A stretch of DNA of 64,000 bases from an uncultured Granulosicoccaceae bacterium (GCA_938035525.1 CALHOI010000034.1:3266-67265), one strand, 5' to 3'. Shown: positions 1 through 10,371, numbered from the stretch's first letter. Made by a program: numbers and translations. The notes: generated by a model from the sequence alone, not told the origin.

Positions 1-1
1 G

Positions 2-586
2 CCGTTTTTTATGTTCTTTATGGTCAACAAGATGAAAGCGTTTATAGGCTCTGATTATGATCGTGGTTTGCGCATGTTAAAAGATCAATTGGAGCTGGGT
101 AGCATTGCGTCAAAAACCAAGGTAGAAGGCGTGGTTGATGTGCCCGAAATGCTGTATGCCGGCAAAACGCATCAATCTTCAATGGATGACATTGCCGGGT
201 CAATGGAAGCCGCGTTCCCCGAAGTGTATAACGCCGCCCAAAGTGCCGGTGCACAAATCAGCGGTCAGCCTTTTAGCTTGTACAACAAAATGGATATGGT
301 CAAGCAGTCGTGTACCTACACGGCAGCGATCCCGGTGGATTCAGCGCTCGACATGGGCTCGGGTGTTAGTGTGTTGCAGCGCCCGGCTTGTAAAGCGCTG
401 AAGGTGGTTCACGTTGGGGCGTACCGGCATTTGGGTAATGCCTGGTCCACGGGAATGAGCGATATGAAACACCTGAAGCTTAAAATGGATAAAGACAATC
501 CACCGTTTGAAATTTACCTGAACGATCCAGACAGCGTCGCAGAAGCTGACCTAATAACTGAGGTTTACATGCCTGTGCGAGCTTAA
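2..586 (+). CDS. GyrI-like small-molecule-binding domain protein (probably SRPBCC-GyrI fusion), 5' truncated by window edge
   Basis: Frame is open to the window start. C-terminal HVGAYRHLGNAW and PPFEIYLNDP...LITEVYMPV motifs are typical of GyrI-like effector domains. Confidence 0.7.
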   Translation, partial: PFFMFFMVNKMKAFIGSDYDRGLRMLKDQLELGSIASKTKVEGVVDVPEMLYAGKTHQSSMDDIAGSMEAAFPEVYNAAQSAGAQISGQPFSLYNKMDMVKQSCTYTAAIPVDSALDMGSGVSVLQRPACKALKVVHVGAYRHLGNAWSTGMSDMKHLKLKMDKDNPPFEIYLNDPDSVAEADLITEVYMPVRA

Positions 587-652
587 GCCAGCTCTGCTTT
601 CAAATATATAATATTAAACAGTTGAGCAAGCTAGTAGGTTTAGATGTTGAGC

Positions 653-2038
653 TTAGCTGGTTGCGAGGGCATCGAGTATGCGCGCCCAACTACGAGTGCC
701 TTTGTGAAAGCTTTTTAAATCGTATTTCTCATTGGGCGAATGTATGGCGTCGTCGTCTTGCCCAAAACCAACCAACAGGCTGTCCATTGCCAGAATATCT
801 TTTATATGGCCAACAACGGGAATGGAGCCTCCGCAACCTGCGTACACTGCATCGTTTTCCCATTCTTCGCACAGTGCCGCATGGGCTCGCCCAAACTCGG
901 GTGCATTGATGGGCATGACGGTGGCCGCTGATGCATCTTTTGAATGAAACGTGACGCTGCAATCTTCAGGTAACTGGTCGCGCACGTACTGTTGGAATGT
1001 TTGTTGAATTTTGATGGGGTCTTGTTTGCCAACCAGACGAAAACTCACCTTTGCCGAAGCTTCTGATGGCAATACGGTTTTAAAGCCTTCTCCGGTATAG
1101 CCGCCCCAGATACCATTGACGTCGAAGGTTGGCCTTGACCAGATTTGCTCCAGCACTGAATAACCGGATTCTCCGGCCGGTTTTGACAGACCCACGCTGC
1201 CCAGAAAGCCTGCCTCATCGTGATTTAACGCCGCCCACTGTTGTTTGATTTGTTCAGTAGGTTCTGTGACGCCATCGTAAAACCCGTCGAGCGTAATACG
1301 ACCACTGTCGTCGTGTATGCCGGCAAGTATTTTATTCAGGACCCGTATCGGGTTTATCGCTGGCCCACCGTACATGCCTGAGTGCAAGTCGAGAGATGGC
1401 CCGATGATGGTGAGCTGCTCACCAACCATGCCTCGTAACATGGTTGAGATAGCAGGCGTATTGCTGTCCCACATGCCGGTATCGCAAACCAATGCCATAT
1501 CGGCTTTGAGTAAGTCAACATGATTTTGCATAAACGGTATCAAAGACGGTGAGCCGCTTTCTTCTTCACCTTCAAAAAATACCGTGATGTTAACGGGCAG
1601 GGAGCCACTGACATTCTTCCAGGCGCGACACGCTTCCACAAATGTCATAAGCTGGCCTTTGTCATCGGCAGCACCTCGTGCGCGAATCACTTTGCCATTG
1701 GGTGTGTTTTCTAGTGCGGGTTCGAATGGTGCGTTGTTCCACAGATTGAGTGGGTCAACAGGCTGAACGTCGTAGTGGCCGTAAAATAGTAAATGGGGCT
1801 TGTCACTGCCTGCATGCAGCTTACCGACTACCATAGGGTGGCCGGTTGTATCATGCCGTGCAGCATCAAAGCCAATGCTGCTTAAATCATTAACCAGCCA
1901 GTCAGCAGCTTTGACACATTCCTGCACGTATTGCGAGTCAGTTGAAATGCTCTGTAGTTTGAGTAATTCAAACAGTCGCTCGAGAGCAAGCTCCTGATTG
2001 TTGTCTATGTCGTTTAATACGGCTTGCAATTGACTCAT
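653..2038 (-). CDS. M20/M25/M40 family metallopeptidase (dipeptidase, ArgE/DapE-like)
   Basis: YGHYDVQP, ARGAADDKGQ, EGEEESGS and IHSPNEK metal-binding motifs. Confidence 0.9.
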   Translation of the reverse strand: MSQLQAVLNDIDNNQELALERLFELLKLQSISTDSQYVQECVKAADWLVNDLSSIGFDAARHDTTGHPMVVGKLHAGSDKPHLLFYGHYDVQPVDPLNLWNNAPFEPALENTPNGKVIRARGAADDKGQLMTFVEACRAWKNVSGSLPVNITVFFEGEEESGSPSLIPFMQNHVDLLKADMALVCDTGMWDSNTPAISTMLRGMVGEQLTIIGPSLDLHSGMYGGPAINPIRVLNKILAGIHDDSGRITLDGFYDGVTEPTEQIKQQWAALNHDEAGFLGSVGLSKPAGESGYSVLEQIWSRPTFDVNGIWGGYTGEGFKTVLPSEASAKVSFRLVGKQDPIKIQQTFQQYVRDQLPEDCSVTFHSKDASAATVMPINAPEFGRAHAALCEEWENDAVYAGCGGSIPVVGHIKDILAMDSLLVGFGQDDDAIHSPNEKYDLKSFHKGTRSWARILDALATS

Positions 2039-2083
2039 TGTGTTTGCGCTCTGGTGACGTTAAGTTTCGCCTCTTTGTTTACT

Positions 2084-2122
2084 CGACCTTCTTACGCGAC
2101 CTTCTTACGCGGCCTTGTTACG
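2084..2122. repeat. 13-bp tandem repeat x3 (cgaccttcttacg) overlapping the pyc stop codon
   Basis: cgaccttcttacg cgaccttcttacg cggccttgttacg read directly. Confidence 0.8.
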
Positions 2123-5100
2123 CTTCTGCGGTTTCGGCCAACTGCACAAGCAGATCTTTGGCATCAATCTGATCACCGGCTTTAACCAATAAGTCGCTAA
2201 CGACGCCATCGATATCGGCATAAATAGCCGTCTCCATTTTCATGGCCTCAATTGATAATAAAACATCACCGGCTTTGACTGATTGCCCGTTTGAAACGTT
2301 AACCGTTGAGATAACGCCTGGCATTGGTGCACCGACTTGCAGTTTGTCATCGGGGTCGGCTTTGGCTCTTACTGCTGATGCGCCCGACGCGCCATGGATG
2401 CGATCGGGCACTTGTATGGAACGTGGTTGACCGTTGAGTTCGAAGAAAACCCTGACCATACCTTTATCGTTTGTTTCCCCAATGGCAACGCAGCGAACAA
2501 CCAGTGTCTTACCTTGCTCGATGTCGATAAAGAGTTCGTCGCCAACTTTTAAACCATAGAAATAAACCGGTGTTGGCAACACGCTGGTTGGCCCGTACTC
2601 TGACTGCGCGTTAACAAAGTCGGTAAACACTTTCGGGTACATGTTGTATGAGGCCAACGCTTGTTGCGATACCTCAATTTGCAGCGTCTCCGCCAGTTCG
2701 CTTCTGGTTTTCTCTAGATCAACTGGTGGAATGGATGCACCAGCACGATCGCTCAGTGGTTTATCACCTTTAAGCACCTTGTTTTGAATTTGTTCTGGCC
2801 AGCCACCTGGCACCTGACTGAGCTCACCTTTCATTAACGACACAACAGAATCCGGGAACGCGATTTCCCGGTCGGGGTCGACAACGTCGTCAATTTTCAA
2901 GTCTTGAGAAATCATCATTAAGGCCAGGTCACCAACCACTTTTGATGATGGCGTGACTTTAACAATGTCGCCCAGCATATCATTGACGTCAGCATAGGCC
3001 TGCGCCACTTCATGCCAGCGAGAGGCAAGCCCCAGTGAACGGGCTTGCTCTTTTAAATTGGTGAACTGTCCACCGGGCATCTCGTGCAAATACACTTCCG
3101 ATGCAGGCCCTTTTAAGTCGCTTTCGAAAGCTGCGTACTGAGCTCTTACAGACTCCCAATAGAAGGAGATTCGTTGAATGGCATCCTGGTCGAGTTTTGG
3201 GTCGCGTTCATCGCCTGCTAAGGCGGCGACAATGGAACCAAGGCAAGGTTGGGAGGTGTTACCCGAGAATGCATCCATGGCCGCATCGACTGCGTCTACG
3301 CCGGATTCTACAGCGGCTAAAACAGTTGCAGCTGATATGCCTGATGTATCGTGGGTGTGGTAGTGCACCGGTAAGCCAACTTCGGAGCGCAGGGCCTTGA
3401 ATAAAATTCGCGCAGCGGCGGGGCGCATCAGGCCGGCCATATCTTTTATACAAATAATGTGCGCGCCGGCTTTTTCAAGCTCTTTTGCCATTTTCAAGTA
3501 GTAGTCAAGATTGTACTTGGGCTTGGCTTCGTTCAGCATATCGCCGGTGTAGCAAATGGTTGCTTCACACAGTTTGTTTTCTTCCAGGACGGCGTCCATG
3601 GAAATGCGCATGTTGTCTATCCAGTTAAAACAATCAAACACACGAAATAAATCAACACCACCTGAGGCGGCTTCTTTAATAAAGTGTTTAACGACGTTGT
3701 CTGCGTAGTTGGTGTAGCCAACACCGTTTGCGCCACGTACCAGCGCTTGTAATAGAATGTTGGGTGCGCGTTCGCGAATTAAGGCCAGGCGTTCCCACGG
3801 GTCTTCGGTCAGAAAGCGCATGCTGACGTCAAATGTTGCGCCACCCCAACACTCTAATGAAAGCAGCTCAGGCATTGCTTTGGCGTAGGCGCCGGCAATA
3901 TTGACGATGTCGTAGGTGCGCATGCGGGTTGCCAATAGCGACTGTGGTGCATCACGCATGGTCGTGTCTGTGATGAGAACCTGCTTTTGCTCACGCATCC
4001 ATTGAGAGAATTTCTCCGGACCGTCGCGGTCGAGTCGGTTGCGCGTGCCTTCAACTATAGGCTTGTCGAACCAGGGTGCATCCATGGGGCGTTCGTCTTC
4101 ACGTGGTTTAGCACGATCTCGCGTATCGGGGTGTCCGTTAACCGACACATCTGCGATGTAGTGAAGCAGTTTGGTTGCTCTGTCCTGGCGTTTAACCTGT
4201 TCAAAGAGCTCGGGTGTTGAGTCAATGAATTTTGTTGTGTAGGTGTTGTTTAAAAATTCAGGGTGACCAATGATGTTTTCAAGAAACGTCAGGTTGGTTG
4301 CCACGCCGCGAATACGAAACTCACGCAACGCACGATCCATGCGTTTAATGGTTTCTTCAGCGGTGGGGGACCAGGCTGTGACTTTCTCCAGCAGAGGATC
4401 GTAAAAACGATTAATCACTGCACCCGAGTAGGCCGTCCCGCCATCGAGTCGTATGCCGAAGCCTTGTGCTCCCCGATAAGCTGTGATGCGACCGTAATCA
4501 GGAATAAAGTTTTGTTCTGGGTCTTCGGTGGTGATGCGGCATTGCATGGCATGGCCGTTTAACACGATATCTTTTTGTGCTGGTACACCGGATTCGGGTG
4601 TACCGATTTTTTCACCTTCCAGTAAATGAATTTGCGCCTTAATAATGTCGATACCAGTGACTTCTTCAGTCACGGTATGTTCTACCTGAACACGTGGATT
4701 GACTTCAATGAAGTAGAAGTCTTCGCTTTCCATGTCCATCAAAAATTCGATGGTGCCTGCGCCAACGTAGTTGGTTGAGTTACCTATTTTTAAGGCGTAG
4801 CTGGCGATCTCTTCGCGTTTGGCGTCAGAGAGATACGGTGCAGGTGCGCGTTCAACCACTTTCTGGTTACGTCGTTGAACAGAGCAATCGCGCTCGAACA
4901 GGTGCACACAATTACCGTGTGTGTCACCAAGGATTTGTGCTTCGACGTGACGCGCACGTTCAACCAGTTTCTCCAGATAAATTTCGTCTTTGCCGAAGGC
5001 GGCTCGTGCCTCGCGTTTGGCTTCGGCAACTTCGGTGTCCAGGTCGGTTTCGCTGCGAATGACTCGCATACCGCGACCACCACCACCCCATGAGGCTTTC

Positions 5101-5594
5101 AACATCAGTGGATAACCGATATCGGCCGCCATTTTTTTAATGGTAGGCATATCGTCTGGAAGCGGTTCGGTGGCCGGGACAACCGGCACGCCGGCTTTGA
5201 TGGCCAGGTTACGAGCAGCCACTTTGTTGCCCAAAGATCGCATGGTTTCGGCACGTGGTCCGATGAACAGAATGCCCGCAGCATCACAGGCGTCGACAAA
5301 CTCGGGGGACTCGGACAGCAGGCCGTAGCCAGGGTGAATGGCATCAGCCCCAGAGAGCTTGGCCACACGCAGCACTTCTTCGATGGACAGATAAGACTCG
5401 ATTGGCCCCATATCGGTGTCCAGATGGGGGCCTTTGCCTACCTGATATGCCTCATCTGCTTTGAAGCGATGTAAGGCCAGTTTGTCTTCTTCGGCCCAAA
5501 TGGCGACTGTTTTGATTTCCAGCTCGTTAGCGGCACGAAAAACACGGATGGCGATTTCTGAACGGTTGGCGACCAGCAGTTTTTTGATAGGCAA
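2118..5594 (-). CDS. pyc: Pyruvate carboxylase (single-chain BC-CT-BCCP)
   Basis: VANRSEIAIRV biotin carboxylase start, DTTMRDAPQSL and HYHTHDT carboxyltransferase motifs, EAMKM biotinyl-Lys; 1158 aa, TTG start. Confidence 0.97.
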   Translation of the reverse strand: MPIKKLLVANRSEIAIRVFRAANELEIKTVAIWAEEDKLALHRFKADEAYQVGKGPHLDTDMGPIESYLSIEEVLRVAKLSGADAIHPGYGLLSESPEFVDACDAAGILFIGPRAETMRSLGNKVAARNLAIKAGVPVVPATEPLPDDMPTIKKMAADIGYPLMLKASWGGGGRGMRVIRSETDLDTEVAEAKREARAAFGKDEIYLEKLVERARHVEAQILGDTHGNCVHLFERDCSVQRRNQKVVERAPAPYLSDAKREEIASYALKIGNSTNYVGAGTIEFLMDMESEDFYFIEVNPRVQVEHTVTEEVTGIDIIKAQIHLLEGEKIGTPESGVPAQKDIVLNGHAMQCRITTEDPEQNFIPDYGRITAYRGAQGFGIRLDGGTAYSGAVINRFYDPLLEKVTAWSPTAEETIKRMDRALREFRIRGVATNLTFLENIIGHPEFLNNTYTTKFIDSTPELFEQVKRQDRATKLLHYIADVSVNGHPDTRDRAKPREDERPMDAPWFDKPIVEGTRNRLDRDGPEKFSQWMREQKQVLITDTTMRDAPQSLLATRMRTYDIVNIAGAYAKAMPELLSLECWGGATFDVSMRFLTEDPWERLALIRERAPNILLQALVRGANGVGYTNYADNVVKHFIKEAASGGVDLFRVFDCFNWIDNMRISMDAVLEENKLCEATICYTGDMLNEAKPKYNLDYYLKMAKELEKAGAHIICIKDMAGLMRPAAARILFKALRSEVGLPVHYHTHDTSGISAATVLAAVESGVDAVDAAMDAFSGNTSQPCLGSIVAALAGDERDPKLDQDAIQRISFYWESVRAQYAAFESDLKGPASEVYLHEMPGGQFTNLKEQARSLGLASRWHEVAQAYADVNDMLGDIVKVTPSSKVVGDLALMMISQDLKIDDVVDPDREIAFPDSVVSLMKGELSQVPGGWPEQIQNKVLKGDKPLSDRAGASIPPVDLEKTRSELAETLQIEVSQQALASYNMYPKVFTDFVNAQSEYGPTSVLPTPVYFYGLKVGDELFIDIEQGKTLVVRCVAIGETNDKGMVRVFFELNGQPRSIQVPDRIHGASGASAVRAKADPDDKLQVGAPMPGVISTVNVSNGQSVKAGDVLLSIEAMKMETAIYADIDGVVSDLLVKAGDQIDAKDLLVQLAETAEA

Positions 5595-5679
5595 CTCGGT
5601 ATCCTCGAGAACGGGCTTATAATAATGAGTAGTTTAGCAGCCCCTGCAAGCCTTATACCTCAAGTGAAATCAATAGTGT

Positions 5680-6843
5680 TTATTCGGTTAACTCGAACTC
5701 GAACCTAATGATGACCTCGTTGCCTACCCAGGTGGGATCGGGCTGGCTCTCCAGGCCCAACTGATAATCGGTGCGATCGACGGTGAATTCGCCTGACGCG
5801 GATTTTTTACCGGTACTGTTGCTTTGTGTGTCATCAATGCGCATCACAAACGTTTGCACTTGGTCGATACCTTTGATCGTTAAGGTGCCGCGGACCAGAA
5901 TCTGACCCTGATCGTCCATTTCCATGCTCGAGGATTCAAACATGGCGGTGGGGTGTGACTCGCTATTGAACCAGTCTGCATCGGGAAGCGAGCCCTGAAC
6001 CTGCGCGTTTTCTGAGGTCACTGAGCCAGTGTGAACAGTGGCGTTGAGAGCACTGTTAGCCAGGTCGTCAGGATTGATTGTTGCAGTAACGGTTGATTCG
6101 GGGAAGCTGATCTGTGTTTCATCACCGGATACCATAGCGGTGGCTTGCACTGCGCTGTTACCAGCGCTGAAGTTCGCGGCAGCAGAGTATTGCAGCGTGG
6201 CGTAAGCGAAAACTGTGACACCAACACCCAGCACCAGAGCCAGTATTAAGTGAACGAATGTCTTGGCCGTGCGAGCCTCGCGGCTGGGTAGCATACGTGT
6301 TAGCACGGTGTCTTTATCAATCAAGTGATGTTTCAAAGCCGCAGCAATGTGCACCAGTAAAAGTGCAATTAGTACACCTGTGGCGATCTCGTGCCAGCTT
6401 TTGTAAAGAGATTCTGCGGTATGTTTATCAGCAATATTTTCCAACCACGGAATATGGGGCCAGGGCACAACGTTGAACAACAGCGTGTCGATGTTTAGCG
6501 GTGACACCGATACCATCATCCAGCCGGTGATGGGGGCTATAAAAAGCAGAGCATAGAGCACAACATGGGACACGCTCGACGCCAGACGTTCCCAGGCAGG
6601 TGCACCTGTGGGATGGGGTGGCGATGTGTGTGTAACACGCCAAACCAGTCGGCCAACGGCCAATAAGAGGATGAGGACACCAGTGGTTTTGTGCCACTGG
6701 GTAAGGGTAAAACGCAGAGGGTCCGTCTGGTCAAGGTTAACCATAAACTTACCCAAGGCAAGCATGGCCACAATCAGAAAAGCCATCAACCAGTGAAGGC
6801 TGATGGCTATATTGTTGAATCGCGTAACGTTGTTACTGGTCAT
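5680..6843 (-). CDS. Cytochrome b561 - YceI fusion protein
   Basis: N-terminal heme-ligand His pattern (LHW, WHK, SHVVLY, WHE, VHIAAALKH); C-terminal YceI-like barrel (DWFNSESHPTAMF, GTLTIKG, VDRTDYQLG). Confidence 0.85.
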   Translation of the reverse strand: MTSNNVTRFNNIAISLHWLMAFLIVAMLALGKFMVNLDQTDPLRFTLTQWHKTTGVLILLLAVGRLVWRVTHTSPPHPTGAPAWERLASSVSHVVLYALLFIAPITGWMMVSVSPLNIDTLLFNVVPWPHIPWLENIADKHTAESLYKSWHEIATGVLIALLLVHIAAALKHHLIDKDTVLTRMLPSREARTAKTFVHLILALVLGVGVTVFAYATLQYSAAANFSAGNSAVQATAMVSGDETQISFPESTVTATINPDDLANSALNATVHTGSVTSENAQVQGSLPDADWFNSESHPTAMFESSSMEMDDQGQILVRGTLTIKGIDQVQTFVMRIDDTQSNSTGKKSASGEFTVDRTDYQLGLESQPDPTWVGNEVIIRFEFELTE

Positions 6844-6941
6844 CGGTCATTCAGTGTACAGAGGTGTAGATGAACTCAGTATACCGACTGTATGACGGTT
6901 GCGATTACATTACTGCATGACAGTTTCCAACAAACCATTGC

Positions 6942-7544
6942 TTACTGAGACATGGCCATTTCAGCGGTGATGTTCAATGCCACTTCATCACTGACGTGTG
7001 GGATGGCAGCTTTCATACCAAACTCAGAGCGCATTAATTCGGTTGAAGCCTCCAGGCCAATGGTTGGCGTGCCGCTCATAGGGTGATTCTTTGCAGCGTT
7101 TATGACCACGTCAATAGAGACGGGTTTGCTTTGCCCTTTAATGGTCAGGTCGCCCATCACTTTATAGTTACCATCACGCGCTGCTTCCACGCTGGTAGAG
7201 TTAAAGGTAATTTCTGGGTGGTTAGCAGTATCGAAGAATTTATCACCCGTCAGGTGATCTTTCCAAATGTCAGAACCGGCCACAATACTGTTGGCATCAA
7301 TGGTGACATTGACCGTGGTTTTGGTTGGGTCTTCGCTATCAAAATTCATGTCGATCGTGAAGTCGTCAAAGCTCAAAATCGGGTTTGAAAGGCCCAGATG
7401 GTTGTAGGAAAAAGTCACGTAAGCGTGAGTTGGGTCAACAGCGTAGTCGCCTGAAGGCACGCCCGACAGATCGGCTGCCTGGCTAACTGTGGTAACGCCG
7501 AAAGCGGCTGCGGCCGCAATGGCGCGTAGAGTACTGGATTTCAT
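6942..7544 (-). CDS. yceI: YceI family polyisoprenoid-binding periplasmic protein
   Basis: Signal peptide; YAVDPTHAYVTFSYNHLGLS, HPEITF, GDLTIKG and RSEFG motifs. Confidence 0.9.
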   Translation of the reverse strand: MKSSTLRAIAAAAAFGVTTVSQAADLSGVPSGDYAVDPTHAYVTFSYNHLGLSNPILSFDDFTIDMNFDSEDPTKTTVNVTIDANSIVAGSDIWKDHLTGDKFFDTANHPEITFNSTSVEAARDGNYKVMGDLTIKGQSKPVSIDVVINAAKNHPMSGTPTIGLEASTELMRSEFGMKAAIPHVSDEVALNITAEMAMSQ

Positions 7545-7706
7545 TAATGTTGTCTCCGATTGTTGTTGTTTGGAGTGTTGCAGAGTGGACTGCCCGGTGA
7601 ACTCTGCGGTTTGTTAAAGATAATTAAACGATTGTTGCGCATTGAAGACGCATTATCAATAAGATAGGAGTATGAAATGGAGAATAAGTTTCATTTCGTT
7701 AAAAAA

Positions 7707-7783
7707 TGGCGCGCCCGGAAGGATTCGAACCTCCGACCACCTGGTTCGAAGCCAGGTACTCTATCCAACTGAGCTACGGGCGC
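7707..7783 (-). tRNA. tRNA-Arg, anticodon TCG
   Basis: Reverse complement GCGCCCGTAGCTCAGTTGGATAGAGTACCTGGCTTCGAACCAGGTGGTCGGAGGTTCGAATCCTTCCGGGCGCGCCA: 7-bp acceptor stem, CCTGG/CCAGG anticodon stem with loop CT-TCG-AA, GGTTCGAATCC T-arm, encoded CCA. Confidence 0.96.
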
Positions 7784-7951
7784 TCTTTTATTAGTGTCGC
7801 TTTCATCTACGTCGCTGAAGTAAATGTGGCCCTGTGGTTGAGGTGCACTGCGCCGTCGCGCACATTATACCTCACATAGACAGATCATGGAAAACGCGGC
7901 TGCAACGCTGTCTGTCGTGCAAAAATTGAACAGTGCCGCCTGTGTGTTCAA

Positions 7952-9256
7952 TTATTCTTCGAGTTCTCTTGCCGATAGTAAGTAGTAGTTCCGGGTTGGT
8001 GCGTTGATGGTAAGATCGGCAAGCTGGCGTAGGGCACCCATTTTTACCGCCCGTGCATCGGCAATTTCAAGATCAGCGGCGATGAGCCGGTCGGCTAATT
8101 CCATCGCCCATTGATACTCACCGTTTTCCAGTGCCTGCTTTGCCGCTGTTAACAGTTTGGCCGCGCCGCCCACTAAGTTGATAAATTGGTGCGCTTCGGC
8201 CGCAGGTGTTAATTGGCCCAGGCTTGTTGGATTGCCATCGAACCAGCCCAGGGTTCCTGCAAAATACGCGCGTGATGCGTAACCTATATGCCCATAGAAT
8301 TCCTTAAGATAAGGCTTGTTTGCTAAATTTTCAGGCAGCTGGAGTTCATCGGCGATGGTCACCGGGTCAAGCCCGGCATTCATTCCTTTGACTGTTTGAG
8401 CAACAACAGCTCGAATAGCGTCTCGATAATCGGTGAGCCTCTCCCGAATGGCATCGGAACCAATGATTGGCTGGGTATGACCCGGCGCTAAAATGGCTGC
8501 GTTGTAGGCAAGTAGTTGATCAAGCGTATCAGCCCAAGCATCAAAATCACGGTAGGGTGTTCCTCGAATGGCATACAGATTAGGAAAGGCGTGATAATAA
8601 TTGTCGCCGCTAAACAGTATTTGCTGTGAGGCTAACCACACGACTATGTGATCTGGCGTTTCACCCGGCGCTTTGGCTAATTCCAGTTCGAATCCTTCTC
8701 GAATTAACGTCACGGTTTCCGAGATTCGGTGCGTTGGCTCGATATAACCTGCACCAAGGCCGTTCATGGGGCGATCCCCAGGACCAATCCCGATATTGAT
8801 ACGTTCGTCTGGGGACAGACTAATACCAAAGTGTCTTTTGGTTCGCGATAGTAACGCGGTATTTGGTGCTGGACGCTGTTGGTCCACATTGACCAAGTCA
8901 GACATAAAGTTATCAGCCGCGATGACTTCTATTTTGTTTTGCCGAACTTGTGGCCCTTTAAGTTGCTGAGCTTGCTGCTCGGAGAAGACGGTTGCGCCCG
9001 AGATATGATCGCGGTGGGAATGTGTATAGATGATTGTACGGATTGGCAACTGTGACACTTTTCGAAAGTCGGCAAGAATATTTTGCGCCGCTTGCGTTGT
9101 TTCGGTGGTGTCAATAACCACCACACCTTCGTCACCGATTAAAAAATGCACATTGGAGGCGGCGTATCCCACCGCCGTATAGACAGTGGGCGAGAGCGCA
9201 TGGAGCTTTTTTTCAAATTGTGTGTTGTGAGCAATTAAGTCTGGGTGTGCTGTCAT
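7952..9256 (-). CDS. Alkyl/aryl sulfatase (SdsA/BDS1-like, metallo-beta-lactamase fold) with dimerisation domain
   Basis: YTHSHRDH, APGETPDH, FPNLYAIRGT, PGHT, GWFDGNP and RNYYL motifs; no signal peptide, no SCP2 tail. Confidence 0.85.
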   Translation of the reverse strand: MTAHPDLIAHNTQFEKKLHALSPTVYTAVGYAASNVHFLIGDEGVVVIDTTETTQAAQNILADFRKVSQLPIRTIIYTHSHRDHISGATVFSEQQAQQLKGPQVRQNKIEVIAADNFMSDLVNVDQQRPAPNTALLSRTKRHFGISLSPDERINIGIGPGDRPMNGLGAGYIEPTHRISETVTLIREGFELELAKAPGETPDHIVVWLASQQILFSGDNYYHAFPNLYAIRGTPYRDFDAWADTLDQLLAYNAAILAPGHTQPIIGSDAIRERLTDYRDAIRAVVAQTVKGMNAGLDPVTIADELQLPENLANKPYLKEFYGHIGYASRAYFAGTLGWFDGNPTSLGQLTPAAEAHQFINLVGGAAKLLTAAKQALENGEYQWAMELADRLIAADLEIADARAVKMGALRQLADLTINAPTRNYYLLSARELEE

Positions 9257-9285
9257 GATGCCTCATCAGTTTAATTGGTCGCGGT

Positions 9286-10275
9286 TTACGACAATCTGGA
9301 TTTTCCTGCTCGATAATCTCGATACGCAATCAATAGCATGCTGGTGTCGTCTTCCGTTGGTACCCAGTTGAGCTCTTTCTCCGCTTTGCTGCAATCGAGT
9401 ACGCAGGTTTCATCAGCAATCAGGTATTGCTCTGGGTCCATAATCGGTTTGCCAATACGATCAAGCAAGGCCAATACGGCTTTTACAGCGAAAGCAGGCG
9501 TGGGTATTAAAATCGATTTACTATTAGCCTCTTTTATTAAAGTGCCCAAAAGCTCATTAACGGTGGGTGGGTTGCTTGAACCCAAATTGTAGTTTTCGTT
9601 TGGAAAGCCTGCTTCAATGGCGGCCAGGCAGGCCTCTGCGCAGTCGCCAACAGAGATAAACTGATAAAAGTTATTACCGTTGCCAATGGTTGGAACGGGT
9701 AGGTTCATATCAACCAGCTTGAACAGCTTTTCTAGTATGCCCAAGCGCCCGTGTCCAATAATCAATCGTGGTCTGAACAGCGTAATGTTAAAGCCTTTTT
9801 GTCTGTATTCGTCGCACAGCTTTTCGGTCTGGTATTTTGCTTCACCGTAAGGCCCGATAGGCGCGCAAGGGTGGTCTTCGGTGCGAGGGTGAATGACGGT
9901 GTGCCCGTACACCATGTCAGTGGTGTAGTAAATGAGATTAAACAGGCCTTGTTCTTCCATCCAGTTAAAAACATTTTGCGTACCGACGTAAAGTGCTTGC
10001 CAGAAGTAATCCTGTCTTTGTGCGCGAGGCAGAATGGGTACCAGCAGGCGGGCGGCAAAATGGTAGACAATATCTCCGTCTTCGGCTTTTATTGGTGTGA
10101 ACGTATCCGGTTTGGTCACATCCATTTTAATGAATTCAACGCCGGGCAGTTCATAGTTACCAAATTCGGGCGTTTGTTTTTCATCGCAGATCAGTACTTT
10201 TTCACCGCGTTCAACCAGTTTTTTTGTGAGCTCCGTGCCCAGAAAACCGTCACCACCAAAAATAATGTGTTTCAT
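9286..10275 (-). CDS. NAD-dependent epimerase/dehydratase (extended SDR)
   Basis: GGDGFLG Rossmann motif, YGEAK (YxxxK), FRPRLIIG. Confidence 0.85.
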   Translation of the reverse strand: MKHIIFGGDGFLGTELTKKLVERGEKVLICDEKQTPEFGNYELPGVEFIKMDVTKPDTFTPIKAEDGDIVYHFAARLLVPILPRAQRQDYFWQALYVGTQNVFNWMEEQGLFNLIYYTTDMVYGHTVIHPRTEDHPCAPIGPYGEAKYQTEKLCDEYRQKGFNITLFRPRLIIGHGRLGILEKLFKLVDMNLPVPTIGNGNNFYQFISVGDCAEACLAAIEAGFPNENYNLGSSNPPTVNELLGTLIKEANSKSILIPTPAFAVKAVLALLDRIGKPIMDPEQYLIADETCVLDCSKAEKELNWVPTEDDTSMLLIAYRDYRAGKSRLS

Positions 10276-10371
10276 TTATTTCCAACTTTGTCATTACGTC
10301 TTCATTAAATCGTCACAAGCACAAGCTTGTGACAAACAAATTGCATTCAGTATTTATGTTTAAAAATCGGG

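Noticed and set aside
5680-7544. Cytochrome b561-YceI fusion plus YceI as a novelty
   Set aside because: yceI/yceJ pairing and such fusions are already well known.
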